Position numbers and translations under genes: made by a program | Notes under the pieces: model-generated | Database searches by the model: none | What the model was told of the DNA's origin: nothing | What the model saw: the letters and a program-made list of their open reading frames with translations, nothing else | DNA from: a virus | Reading direction: 5' to 3' (one strand) | IMG/VR virus record: IMGVR_UViG_3300045988_028354 | DNA: 64,000 bases | Part shown: piece after piece, positions 38,646-47,519 of the stretch | Layout: every line of letters begins with the position of its first letter | Position numbering within the stretch: the first letter of the stretch is position 1

Positions 38646-39122
38646 TTATTCTACGAATTGTATTTTGGTATCTCGGTCCCTTTTTAGGATAACCATGAAG
38701 ACTAATGCTTCATCCTTGGCCTGAGCAACTTGTGTATCTCCAGAAGGTTTATAAGTAATACCATTAATTACGAACCTATCTTCAGACCAGTTAAAATCCC
38801 AATAGCCTTCTGGAGTTAAATGTCCCAGTTGTTCTATATATGATTTAGTAACCAGTATTGATAAATTCTCATCATCGAGTTCTCCAGTTACTGTTGCCTT
38901 ATTAATAGGCCAGTTTCTGAAGGCATTGTAATAACATAATGCCTCGATTGGTATATTATAATATTTAGGGATTTCATCTTCTCCATGACTTAGGAGTTGA
39001 TTTACATTCTTTGCCCAAGTTATAGTTTGCCTACCAGCATCTACATCCAAGAAATCATTTATAATCTTCTTGTATCTATCCCAAGACCGGTTCTTAACCA
39101 ATCTATGAGGAGTCTTGGTCAT
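38646..39122 (-). CDS. hypothetical virion-module protein
   Basis: ORF with a 4-nt overlap to the upstream gene. Confidence 0.5.
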   Translation of the reverse strand: MTKTPHRLVKNRSWDRYKKIINDFLDVDAGRQTITWAKNVNQLLSHGEDEIPKYYNIPIEALCYYNAFRNWPINKATVTGELDDENLSILVTKSYIEQLGHLTPEGYWDFNWSEDRFVINGITYKPSGDTQVAQAKDEALVFMVILKRDRDTKIQFVE

Positions 39123-40009
39123 CGTTTTCTAATTAAGGTTCTACCATTACGTTTTACTGGAAAGCGGGGGTTTGGCCCATCTATTAATCCAGGTCTTCTT
39201 CTGTCTACTACTCTTGGAACTACTACATGACTTGCTTGGTCACAGAATGGTAAGTAGATTTCCAATCGTCCAGCTAACATACAAAGGTTTTTTCTTAACT
39301 CGTCTATGATACCACCAGGTTGCATTGCTTGAGAGAATGTTTTCCATAGGGAAGATGTTGCATCGGCAAGTGTATCATAGTACTGCACTTCAGTAGGCCC
39401 AGTTGTGATTTGTTTGATTCTATCACCTCGAGCTTGTTCCGGTTTAGAAGAACCATCACCAACTTGTTCTTTGGTTGAAGTAAGTTGACTTAGGTATTCT
39501 CCTGTACTTGTTAATAAATTAAGGAGCTTAACATTGAGATAATCCCATGCTGCCAATTCCATAATTAATTGGTTTTCTAGAGCTTCATACATTAACTCAT
39601 CATTATATTTATCCAGTGGGATAATATGATTTACTAGCGGTTGGATATATAACTGCCATTTAGTTATGTACATTGCTTTCTCTTCTGATGACATACCATC
39701 TGAGATTTCTGAAGGAATGTAATAATTAATTAGGTTATATATACTATCGGTTAATGTAGTTTTGGACTCTGTATTTACAATTACGATTTTGGTTGCATTT
39801 AAGTTAAGTCCTTCGGAGTTCGTTATGTTCAACGCTACTGTATAGAATCCGGACTTTTCATAAGTATAAGTAGGTTGTTTAACATCATAAACGGACCCCT
39901 TATCATCACCAAAGTCCCAGTCAAAAATGGACTTGGCTGGGACTTTGGTTAATACTCTAAATGAAACTTCCAGACCATTCGCAATAGCTACAAAGTCTAG
40001 ATTGTCCAT
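39119..40009 (-). CDS. PKD-domain protein
   Basis: FDWDFGDDKGSVYDVKQPTYTYEKSGFYTVALNITNSEG is the classic PKD signature. Confidence 0.6.
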   Translation of the reverse strand: MDNLDFVAIANGLEVSFRVLTKVPAKSIFDWDFGDDKGSVYDVKQPTYTYEKSGFYTVALNITNSEGLNLNATKIVIVNTESKTTLTDSIYNLINYYIPSEISDGMSSEEKAMYITKWQLYIQPLVNHIIPLDKYNDELMYEALENQLIMELAAWDYLNVKLLNLLTSTGEYLSQLTSTKEQVGDGSSKPEQARGDRIKQITTGPTEVQYYDTLADATSSLWKTFSQAMQPGGIIDELRKNLCMLAGRLEIYLPFCDQASHVVVPRVVDRRRPGLIDGPNPRFPVKRNGRTLIRKR

Positions 40010-40015
40010 GGTATC

Positions 40016-40408
40016 TTATTTTTTAGATTCTTCGAACTCTTCCAACAGAACCTGAATCAGAGTTTCAACTGTATCACCTTTGTCGGCAACAATTTCGTGA
40101 CGAGCAGCGATAAGGGTTGCTTCTTCGAGAGTATAGGCTTTGGCAATCTTTTTGATTTCCATGCCTTTTTCGAACTGAGCATTCAGTTTCTTTTCCAACT
40201 TATCGATGTCATCATTGGAGTATTTGTCGGTAGCTTTCTTATCAAGAACCAAACGCAGGTGACCTGAATTCAAAGCCATCTGAATCTTTTTGGTTCTGTA
40301 CTGACGAGCACTCAATTCTTTTTCTTCTCCTCTACAAATTGTAATACCTGTAGATTGGTCATGGAAGCTGTAAGCTTTAGCACCTACAGTTACTTTATAT
40401 TTATCCAT
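40016..40408 (-). CDS. hypothetical protein next to capsid gene
   Basis: 130-aa ORF with GC and codon usage like the capsid gene. Confidence 0.55.
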   Translation of the reverse strand: MDKYKVTVGAKAYSFHDQSTGITICRGEEKELSARQYRTKKIQMALNSGHLRLVLDKKATDKYSNDDIDKLEKKLNAQFEKGMEIKKIAKAYTLEEATLIAARHEIVADKGDTVETLIQVLLEEFEESKK

Positions 40409-40440
40409 AATTTTACTAAGTTTTTAGATGTTTAAAATTA

Positions 40441-40467
40441 GGGGTAGGTCCTCGCAAAACCTACCCC
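40441..40467 (-). terminator. stem-loop after major capsid gene
   Basis: ggggtaggt / acctacccc, a 9-bp GC-rich stem. Confidence 0.65.
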
Positions 40468-40509
40468 ATTGAGAAATGGAATTATTTGTAAAATAAACCA
40501 GGTGTAGTA

Positions 40510-41628
40510 TTACTCAAGGTTAACCAAGAGATATGGGTCAATGTTCATGAATTCAGGGAATCCGAACTCGGTGAACTTCTTCTCTGCAGACAGAATCAAT
40601 GCAGCATCCTGATACATCTTAGAGAAGCCTGTAGTCAGAGTAGCATAGATTGCCTGAGTTTGATTTGATACGATTCTTTCTGATTCAAGCATCAACTGTT
40701 TTGCAGTCAGCTTAATCAAGGCAGCAGTTGTATCAATCAACAGCAAGCCTTGGTCGGGTGTACCCGGGTGAATGTAAAAGTTAGCATTCTTAGGTACAGG
40801 AGACTTCACATTCAGTGTAGCTTCAGTTGTACCAGAATGACGTTCTTTGAATTCCGGCAAGTTCAGCATTTCAATTGCTTGGTCTTCACCACCAATCATA
40901 GTAGTAAAGTTACGTCCCATACGAGCAGCTCTTACCCAGATATGCAGCAAATCTTTGTAAGTGATACCATTCGTAGTTTCGTATACACCGATAACCGGAG
41001 CAGATTCTGAACCATCAGGTTTGTTACCGTTGATAACAACATCCATTGCCAAAGTATCCATTGCATAACCCAGCTGAACACCGAAGTCACGAAGGTAGAT
41101 TGCCAATACATCCAGAGATACATAGTTACGAACTTCATCAGTAAGTTTGAATCCCTTACCAATTTTGAAGAGACTTACTGATTTCTGTCCAAAGCTTACA
41201 TCTCCCAATGGGATAGTTTCTGCTTCGTTAACCTTTGCAGGAGCAGCATCGGACATGTTAATCATCGGCATGATTGCGCTAAGACCACTGATTGACTGGT
41301 CAGATGCAATAATCTCCGGATAGAATGGAGCCTGGCGCATACCAAGAGTGATGGCAGAACGAATGATTTCCGGAACAATCCAACGAACATCTTGCTGAGG
41401 CATTGTGAAGATGTTTTCCATTGTGTCGATTTTCGGATTGATATCCAACTTCTCGAACAATTCATCTTGGGTAATACCCCATTTACCAGTGGTAAGTTCA
41501 CCTAATGTGATGTCCACAGGTTTTTTGTTCTGTGAACCTTGACGGTAAGCATCCAACTGCTGTACCATTTGAGGAAGTTCTTTTGCGAAGTCTTCTCTCT
41601 TCAATTTTGAAATATCAACTTTTTCCAT
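40510..41628 (-). CDS. major capsid protein
   Basis: 372 aa. Lies after the protease/scaffold and decoration genes, is followed by a strong hairpin, and has elevated GC. Confidence 0.75.
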   Translation of the reverse strand: MEKVDISKLKREDFAKELPQMVQQLDAYRQGSQNKKPVDITLGELTTGKWGITQDELFEKLDINPKIDTMENIFTMPQQDVRWIVPEIIRSAITLGMRQAPFYPEIIASDQSISGLSAIMPMINMSDAAPAKVNEAETIPLGDVSFGQKSVSLFKIGKGFKLTDEVRNYVSLDVLAIYLRDFGVQLGYAMDTLAMDVVINGNKPDGSESAPVIGVYETTNGITYKDLLHIWVRAARMGRNFTTMIGGEDQAIEMLNLPEFKERHSGTTEATLNVKSPVPKNANFYIHPGTPDQGLLLIDTTAALIKLTAKQLMLESERIVSNQTQAIYATLTTGFSKMYQDAALILSAEKKFTEFGFPEFMNIDPYLLVNLE

Positions 41629-41641
41629 GTTTCTTCTTCTC

Positions 41642-42109
41642 TTATTTAATAAGTACTTGAATTACCTCGTTTGCCTCATCTGCAGGTATGATGGCAATGA
41701 AAGGTGTAGCATCTGTTGACTGATTTGCTTTTACAAATCTGTCGTTCAGCAAGTCACCAGAGGGAACTACATATCCTGCTTTTAAGTCAGCAGCATTAGA
41801 TACCCAGTTACAAATCATGTAACCTTCTACAGCAACAGTTACCTCTACTGGGAATTTGTTCTGTGCCTGGTAAGCAGGATTTACATTGTCAGTTACTGCC
41901 ACTCCGATATATACCTGAGTAGATTCAGTGTAAGGTTCAATTAAACCGTCTTCTCCAAGAGCTACCGGCATACCTTGCAAAATTGTTTCACCATCTTTTA
42001 CACAAAAAGCTTGGTGCAATTTGTGTGATTCACTTTTGTAAATCACCGCTCTCGGGGTCTTTTCCCCAAACAGCGTCATTGGCTGGTCTTTGTTTACGAT
42101 TTTAGTCAT
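41642..42109 (-). CDS. head decoration / DUF2190-like protein
   Basis: GMPVALGEDGLIEPY...YIGVAVTD...VEVTVAVEGYM...LKAGYVVPSGD...EVIQVLI pattern. Confidence 0.5.
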   Translation of the reverse strand: MTKIVNKDQPMTLFGEKTPRAVIYKSESHKLHQAFCVKDGETILQGMPVALGEDGLIEPYTESTQVYIGVAVTDNVNPAYQAQNKFPVEVTVAVEGYMICNWVSNAADLKAGYVVPSGDLLNDRFVKANQSTDATPFIAIIPADEANEVIQVLIK

Positions 42110-42130
42110 AACAGTGATATTTATCGATTA

Positions 42131-43645
42131 TTACTTAAATTTCTTCTTGTACAAGTCTTCGAGAGTTTCTGAAGTGGACTTGGCTTCTGCATTTGAAGTA
42201 GTTGCAGGTTTCTGAGTTCCACTCTTTTCATCAATCTCTGCAACAGAAGAAGCACGGCTTACATCATGAGAACCGCAACTTGCACATACCATTGGGAATT
42301 TTTCTTCCAGACGACTCTGGTAGTCCTTAGTCAAGGAGATAAGAGTAACGATGCCAGTAGTTTCGGCATTCAACATTGTAACAATAGTTTCATCGGCTTT
42401 GTCACCCATCAACTTCTTGTAAGTAGCAACGGCATCTTCACGGAGAGAAGCAATGTGATTCTTTCCTACAGTTGCCATTTCCTTCAAGTTTGCAACTTCT
42501 GCATTCAGGTTGGTAATCTGTTCTGTAAGAGAAGACTTCTCTGTAGTAAGATTATCTACCGTTGTCTGAAGACTGTTTTTGGATGATACCAAGCTTTGAA
42601 TACAAGAAATAACTTCTTCCTGGGTCATTTCTTTGCCTTCTGCCAGAGATAACATGTTATCTCCGAAAAGCTTTTCTAAAAATTCTTGCAATTCTTTGTT
42701 CATATTTTCTTTATTAGGATTATGATTTTCTTGGGTACCATTATCATTAAAAGAATCTGGAGTATTGTCCTTTTCTTGGAATGAGTTGAAGTCTGTTTTG
42801 TAGTCAGTAAAGAAGTACTGTTTGGACTTGTCATCCCGATATTCCTCATAAGAAGACCAGGTTCTTTTTGCAAAAGTTGGATTAATGATTTTACCATCTT
42901 CACCAATCTTTTGAGCAAAAGAATCAGCTCCATGAGATACCAGAGATGTTTCCATATAACGAACTACTTCAGTAACTACTCTACGAATCATTTCACCCTT
43001 AGAGTCATAAGTACCAAGCTTCTGATAGAATTCACCATCTTCCATTCCCGGATGTGATTTATCCCACTTAAACTGTACTGTTACTGAATTACTATGAATT
43101 GAAGGAGGTTCCATGAGAATACCTCTAGCAATTCTTGGGTTAGCTTTACCATCAATCTTCAAAATACCGTTGATACCTGCAGGTATAGTAAAGCTTCCAT
43201 CCTTATAAGACTCCTGCCACATTACTTGAGATACAGCTCCAATTGCATTACCAATATTTGTTTCATGGTCGCAATTTACTGTTTGCCCGAGTAACAGTTT
43301 CATGGAAGCCTTAAGTACTCCATTCTGACCAAAGTCAGTAGGATTCCAGTTCTTGGATACAATCGTTTCAGAAAGTAACCTAAACATTGGTTCGATGAAC
43401 TCTTCGTCCTTCGGAGTAAGTTCCGATTTATCAAGGTTTGGATAATAGGTATTATAATCTATATCTCCTCCCCAAAATCCAAATTGAGCAATGGTATCCG
43501 GTGTCGGAGTCTTCCATTTGTAATAATTCTCTGAGAAAGCCTGGGCTCCAACTGCTTCTGGGATATACCCAGCCATAATGGTATGACCCTGGCCAATCAC
43601 CATTGAATCAAGATGCTCTTTGTTTCTCTTAGTAAATTTACTCAT
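42131..43645 (-). CDS. prohead protease / scaffold fusion (putative)
   Basis: Lies between the portal and capsid genes. N-terminal CDHETNIGNAIG segment and a C-terminal coiled coil. Confidence 0.5.
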   Translation of the reverse strand: MSKFTKRNKEHLDSMVIGQGHTIMAGYIPEAVGAQAFSENYYKWKTPTPDTIAQFGFWGGDIDYNTYYPNLDKSELTPKDEEFIEPMFRLLSETIVSKNWNPTDFGQNGVLKASMKLLLGQTVNCDHETNIGNAIGAVSQVMWQESYKDGSFTIPAGINGILKIDGKANPRIARGILMEPPSIHSNSVTVQFKWDKSHPGMEDGEFYQKLGTYDSKGEMIRRVVTEVVRYMETSLVSHGADSFAQKIGEDGKIINPTFAKRTWSSYEEYRDDKSKQYFFTDYKTDFNSFQEKDNTPDSFNDNGTQENHNPNKENMNKELQEFLEKLFGDNMLSLAEGKEMTQEEVISCIQSLVSSKNSLQTTVDNLTTEKSSLTEQITNLNAEVANLKEMATVGKNHIASLREDAVATYKKLMGDKADETIVTMLNAETTGIVTLISLTKDYQSRLEEKFPMVCASCGSHDVSRASSVAEIDEKSGTQKPATTSNAEAKSTSETLEDLYKKKFK

Positions 43646-45120
43646 CTTGCTTTTGTATTTTGGTCTCCACGAGATGGAGCCGGATTAGTTTTATCTCTTG
43701 ACCTACGAGCAGATTGATTTTTATCATCTTGCCTTTGCTTCTTCTTAGTTCCCTCTTGAGGGTCTGAATTACCCTTAGCAAATTGGTCCTCAAGTGAAAC
43801 TCTTGGTTCGTCTTCATCAGGAGAATCATAACCCATTGCCCAAGCATATTGGTCTTGGCTAATGATACCAGCCTTATATAATAAATCCAGATTTTGGATT
43901 TTATACTGAAGACCCTGTTGAACCTTAACTTCATCAGAGATAGTTGAAGTTCCCCATGATATCTTTATCCCCTTATTATCAAAGCCTGCCAGACGCAGTT
44001 CTAGAGAATAAAGAAAATCTAATACATAAGTTACAAGCATTTGGATATTTTTTAACTGGCTGATTAACTTAGACAGCATTATACCCGTTGCTCCTTCTCC
44101 TGTTGTTGAACTAACTCCAATGAGGTTTCCATTAACTCCCAAACCATTTGCAACTGATTGCTGATTCATATTCCAGGGTTTCTCAATATTACCAAGTTCC
44201 TTGGTAGTTGAATTGAGTTTAAACTCATGGTCATCAATGTAACCAGTTACTATACCATCTTTCATACCATTACGAAGATTTCTTTTCAAATCTTTTAAGG
44301 TACGTTCAAGACGGGATTGATAAGCTTGTAAGCTTTCATTTGGATTCTGGTCTGGTTTAGTCATCTTAGCTTCCAAGAATCCTACCATACCAACCATTTC
44401 CATTATGTGTTTGAAGTTAACCTTCATATCATGTTGGCCTTTTAATGAATCCAATGCTGCCATAAATGGTGGAATCCCATAAGGTTCATCGGTATCATTA
44501 AACATACCAGCATACACATAAGTTTCTGGGTTTAGTTTAATATAATCTTGGTGCTTTACGAAGTAATTCTTATTCCTCTGGTAAGGAGAATATACTCCAT
44601 TGTTCTCTCTTTTGAAAACAATGTTCTCGGGTCTAAGGAATAAGACTGTATCCAAACCATCCAACATATCATTAGGAACTCCTTCAACGGATATAGCTCC
44701 ACTAACAAGGCATTGTACAATCATCTTATTAACTAGACCATCTATACCAGCAGTATACCTAGACCATTTCTTAGTAGCTTCAGTAAGATGTTTTCTCATC
44801 TTATCTGCTTCAGCATCTGAGTTGTTTGGGAATGTTACCGTATGACCAGTATTTGCCAACTTAAACATATCCTGCAAAGCAATGCCCATATCCGGATTTA
44901 CCTTATATAAATCACGAATCAAAGGGATTACTTCAACACGAAAAGAAGGATCTACCATTACGGTCATCCCTTTCAGAGTACTGAGTAAAGAGTTATCTTC
45001 ATCTACTGATACTCTACCAGGAGATATAGCAGCAGCTTTTGGCTTGCTTGGCTCCTTGTTTGATTCAGGAGGTGGGTCTTTCTTTCTACCCCAACTCCAA
45101 TTAAAATTGAGCTTTTTCAT
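43642..45120 (-). CDS. portal protein
   Basis: 492 aa, immediately after TerL with a 4-nt overlap. Confidence 0.65.
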   Translation of the reverse strand: MKKLNFNWSWGRKKDPPPESNKEPSKPKAAAISPGRVSVDEDNSLLSTLKGMTVMVDPSFRVEVIPLIRDLYKVNPDMGIALQDMFKLANTGHTVTFPNNSDAEADKMRKHLTEATKKWSRYTAGIDGLVNKMIVQCLVSGAISVEGVPNDMLDGLDTVLFLRPENIVFKRENNGVYSPYQRNKNYFVKHQDYIKLNPETYVYAGMFNDTDEPYGIPPFMAALDSLKGQHDMKVNFKHIMEMVGMVGFLEAKMTKPDQNPNESLQAYQSRLERTLKDLKRNLRNGMKDGIVTGYIDDHEFKLNSTTKELGNIEKPWNMNQQSVANGLGVNGNLIGVSSTTGEGATGIMLSKLISQLKNIQMLVTYVLDFLYSLELRLAGFDNKGIKISWGTSTISDEVKVQQGLQYKIQNLDLLYKAGIISQDQYAWAMGYDSPDEDEPRVSLEDQFAKGNSDPQEGTKKKQRQDDKNQSARRSRDKTNPAPSRGDQNTKAR

Positions 45121-46631
45121 TTCGGTTGTACTATTACGTTAGTTTTTCCTTTTCTTATGTGATTACAGATTGCTTTACCGAATATAGAGTCATCTGCATA
45201 TACATCCCCCTCTAGGTCTACATCTACTGTAGAATTATTAGCTCTATGCTTACCCATTGCAACTGGCCTACCTAAACCATCATATATGAAGGTATATGCT
45301 TCTTGAACAAAGAAAGGGTCTTTAACAGTAATACTATCTTCTCGAATATCCTGTTCAAGTCCCTCTACAATAACAGAACGGTTCTTTTGTGTAGTTAACC
45401 ATCCTGGAGATTTATCTACCTCAGGTCTAGATTTACCTTTCTTCTTAAGCATTTTCTGATAATAATACAGTTTAGGATAACCTTCAGTTTGAAGAGCAGA
45501 AGTTACTGCTAATCCAACATCATTGGATTCTGGAGCAATGGTAGCAAAGTTAAACAAATGCCCTGTATCTCCAAGTAACCTTGCATATTTATCTACTGAA
45601 AGTCTACCTTTGAATACTGCTTGTTCTTCTCCTTGTTTATCCATGCAAGTAAATGCAGAGTAGTCAGAAGACCTACCAGTTGAAACGTCAGCACCAATGA
45701 AATATTCCTTATCTGGTGCTGGTTCTAAGAATTGCCGATATTGACCATTGAATCTTTTCTTAATAACTGGATAATCACTAAGACAGTCTTCGATAGCTTT
45801 GATATCAGCTAAGTCGAAGACCGTATTTCCAGATGATAAGAAGTCACCATCGATTTCTTGTGCAGTTCTTTTTGTTCCAAGAGCAGAAGACATTTCATTG
45901 TACCAATTAATGTCTCGTTCTGGGTGCATTTGCCAATACAATCGTAGTGGGTTAAATGGGTTTCCACCTGCAATGGCATCAACCCAAGTTGAGTGGTAGA
46001 AGTTACCAACTCCATAAGGAGTGGAATTGATGATAGCAGCTCCACCAGTGGAAAGAGTAGGAAAAGCGGCTGCCCAAATCTGGGCTGCCCATCTAACTAC
46101 TGCTGCTTCATCAATTACCAGTAAGGATAGAGATTCTGAACGACCGGCTTCTGAAGACGTTGGGATAGATTCTATGAATGAGCCATTATCGAACTCTATC
46201 ATTGATGCAGAACCATATTCTCCCGAACGACCATTTATAATCGGTGTCTGTAAATACCATGGCAGGTTTTTGTACATGAACTTAATCTTCTTAAGTACCT
46301 TCTTTGCTGTTGTGTCCTTGATTGAGATAATGTTAATCTTCTTGTTAGGATGATACATTGCCAACCATAGGCAGTACATAGATATAAGCTCCGTAATACC
46401 TGCCTGCCTGAACTTAAGCAGAATATTGAAACGTTCTTTTACGAAGTTATACAGAACCGATTTTTGATACGGGTAAAGTTCAAATCTTACCTTTCCCCTC
46501 ATAGGGTGTATCACATAAGTGAAAAGGCTAAAGTAAAAAACATCATTACTAACCTTAGCAAGTGTTGCTAGTTCTTCCCTTGTGAGAGCAGATGTGTTAG
46601 TTTCTATGTTAATCTTCTTTGCCATAATCAA
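45117..46631 (-). CDS. terL: terminase large subunit
   Basis: FRQAGITE (Walker A-like), LLVIDEAAVV (Walker B), and a C-terminal nuclease-like region. Confidence 0.85.
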   Translation of the reverse strand: MIMAKKINIETNTSALTREELATLAKVSNDVFYFSLFTYVIHPMRGKVRFELYPYQKSVLYNFVKERFNILLKFRQAGITELISMYCLWLAMYHPNKKINIISIKDTTAKKVLKKIKFMYKNLPWYLQTPIINGRSGEYGSASMIEFDNGSFIESIPTSSEAGRSESLSLLVIDEAAVVRWAAQIWAAAFPTLSTGGAAIINSTPYGVGNFYHSTWVDAIAGGNPFNPLRLYWQMHPERDINWYNEMSSALGTKRTAQEIDGDFLSSGNTVFDLADIKAIEDCLSDYPVIKKRFNGQYRQFLEPAPDKEYFIGADVSTGRSSDYSAFTCMDKQGEEQAVFKGRLSVDKYARLLGDTGHLFNFATIAPESNDVGLAVTSALQTEGYPKLYYYQKMLKKKGKSRPEVDKSPGWLTTQKNRSVIVEGLEQDIREDSITVKDPFFVQEAYTFIYDGLGRPVAMGKHRANNSTVDVDLEGDVYADDSIFGKAICNHIRKGKTNVIVQPK

Positions 46632-47278
46632 AAGTTATATGTTACTGAAAACTCTAAGTCAGCTTTTATTCCCGAAAAGAACTTCGGATAATGAAAAGCA
46701 TTTATACCAAGTTTATAATTGAAATTAGTAGTCTTGATTGAAAGGCCTGTCCCTATGTCTAACATTTGATTAAAGACCCTATATTTACCATAAACGTATG
46801 GACTTAGAGTTAGTTTTCTAATTCTTTTTTGAGTTAATTGACCTTCATACCAATTGTACTTATACTTATCTAAGTCCATGTTAAACATTCTCGTTGAATA
46901 GGAGTTTGTTTCCTTGTTGAATAAACTTAGGTTCAATTGGTTTTTATCCAAGGTAAATTGGACCAGAGAATCTTCTCTACTAATTCTATTCGAAGTAACC
47001 GCTGTTGAATCAGAAGCTTGGGGTTTAGTCGAATTGCTACTGTTTCGATAGAAGTCGTAGAGAAGAATTCTCTGGGGCTGAACCAATTGTGTATATGGTG
47101 ATTGGGGCTTGAAGTTCTCTTTCAATTTGATTGTATCAGGAATGCCAATGACCGATGAATCAGGAAGTTGTCTGATATATGAATTCAGTTTGTAATTCCT
47201 GAAGCAAAGGTAAATAGTAAATCCTAGTAGCAAAAGGAACACAAAGTTCTTCCACTTGTTTTTATCTGTTTTCATCAT
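46628..47278 (-). CDS. signal-anchored protein with OMP-like C-terminal beta-signal
   Basis: N-terminal KNKWKNFVFLLLLGFTIYLCF. C-terminus ...ADLEFSVTYNF ends Y-x-F. 4-nt overlap with terL. Confidence 0.5.
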   Translation of the reverse strand: MMKTDKNKWKNFVFLLLLGFTIYLCFRNYKLNSYIRQLPDSSVIGIPDTIKLKENFKPQSPYTQLVQPQRILLYDFYRNSSNSTKPQASDSTAVTSNRISREDSLVQFTLDKNQLNLSLFNKETNSYSTRMFNMDLDKYKYNWYEGQLTQKRIRKLTLSPYVYGKYRVFNQMLDIGTGLSIKTTNFNYKLGINAFHYPKFFSGIKADLEFSVTYNF

Positions 47279-47311
47279 CGCGAAAAAAAAATTAAATTAT
47301 TACTAACTATC

Positions 47312-47332
47312 GGTAATCGCTTTGCGATTACC
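47312..47332. terminator. stem-loop ggtaatcgc-ttt-gcgattacc
   Basis: 9-bp perfect stem in the MTase / packaging intergenic region. Orientation ambiguous. Confidence 0.3.
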
Positions 47333-47418
47333 TTTTATCGAACGTAGTGAGATAAATTTCCTATATCCTAAAAACATATATCCAATATCTACTACAAACA
47401 ATAGCTATATACGCATAT

Positions 47419-47464
47419 AAAAATATAGATATATATACGTAGTATATTATATATCTATATTTTT
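47419..47464. repeat. 46-bp AT-rich inverted repeat
   Basis: aaaaatatagatatata (47419-47435) pairs with tatatatctatattttt (47448-47464). The spacer is itself partly palindromic. Confidence 0.85.
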
Positions 47465-47481
47465 CAAAGGGTGGTTTGGAC

Positions 47482-47505
47482 TAATATATACTTTAGTATA
47501 TATTA
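47482..47505. repeat. 11-bp perfect inverted repeat with 2-nt spacer
   Basis: taatatatact tt agtatatatta. Confidence 0.85.
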
Positions 47506-47519
47506 ACATTGAAGTGTAC

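Noticed and set aside
40750-46353. Assorted antisense or alternative-frame ORFs in the capsid, protease, portal and terminase genes (e.g. 40750..41010, 42266..42586, 43638..43934, 44600..45142, 46021..46353).
   Set aside because: Each lies wholly within a longer ORF that is supported by synteny and has no independent signals.
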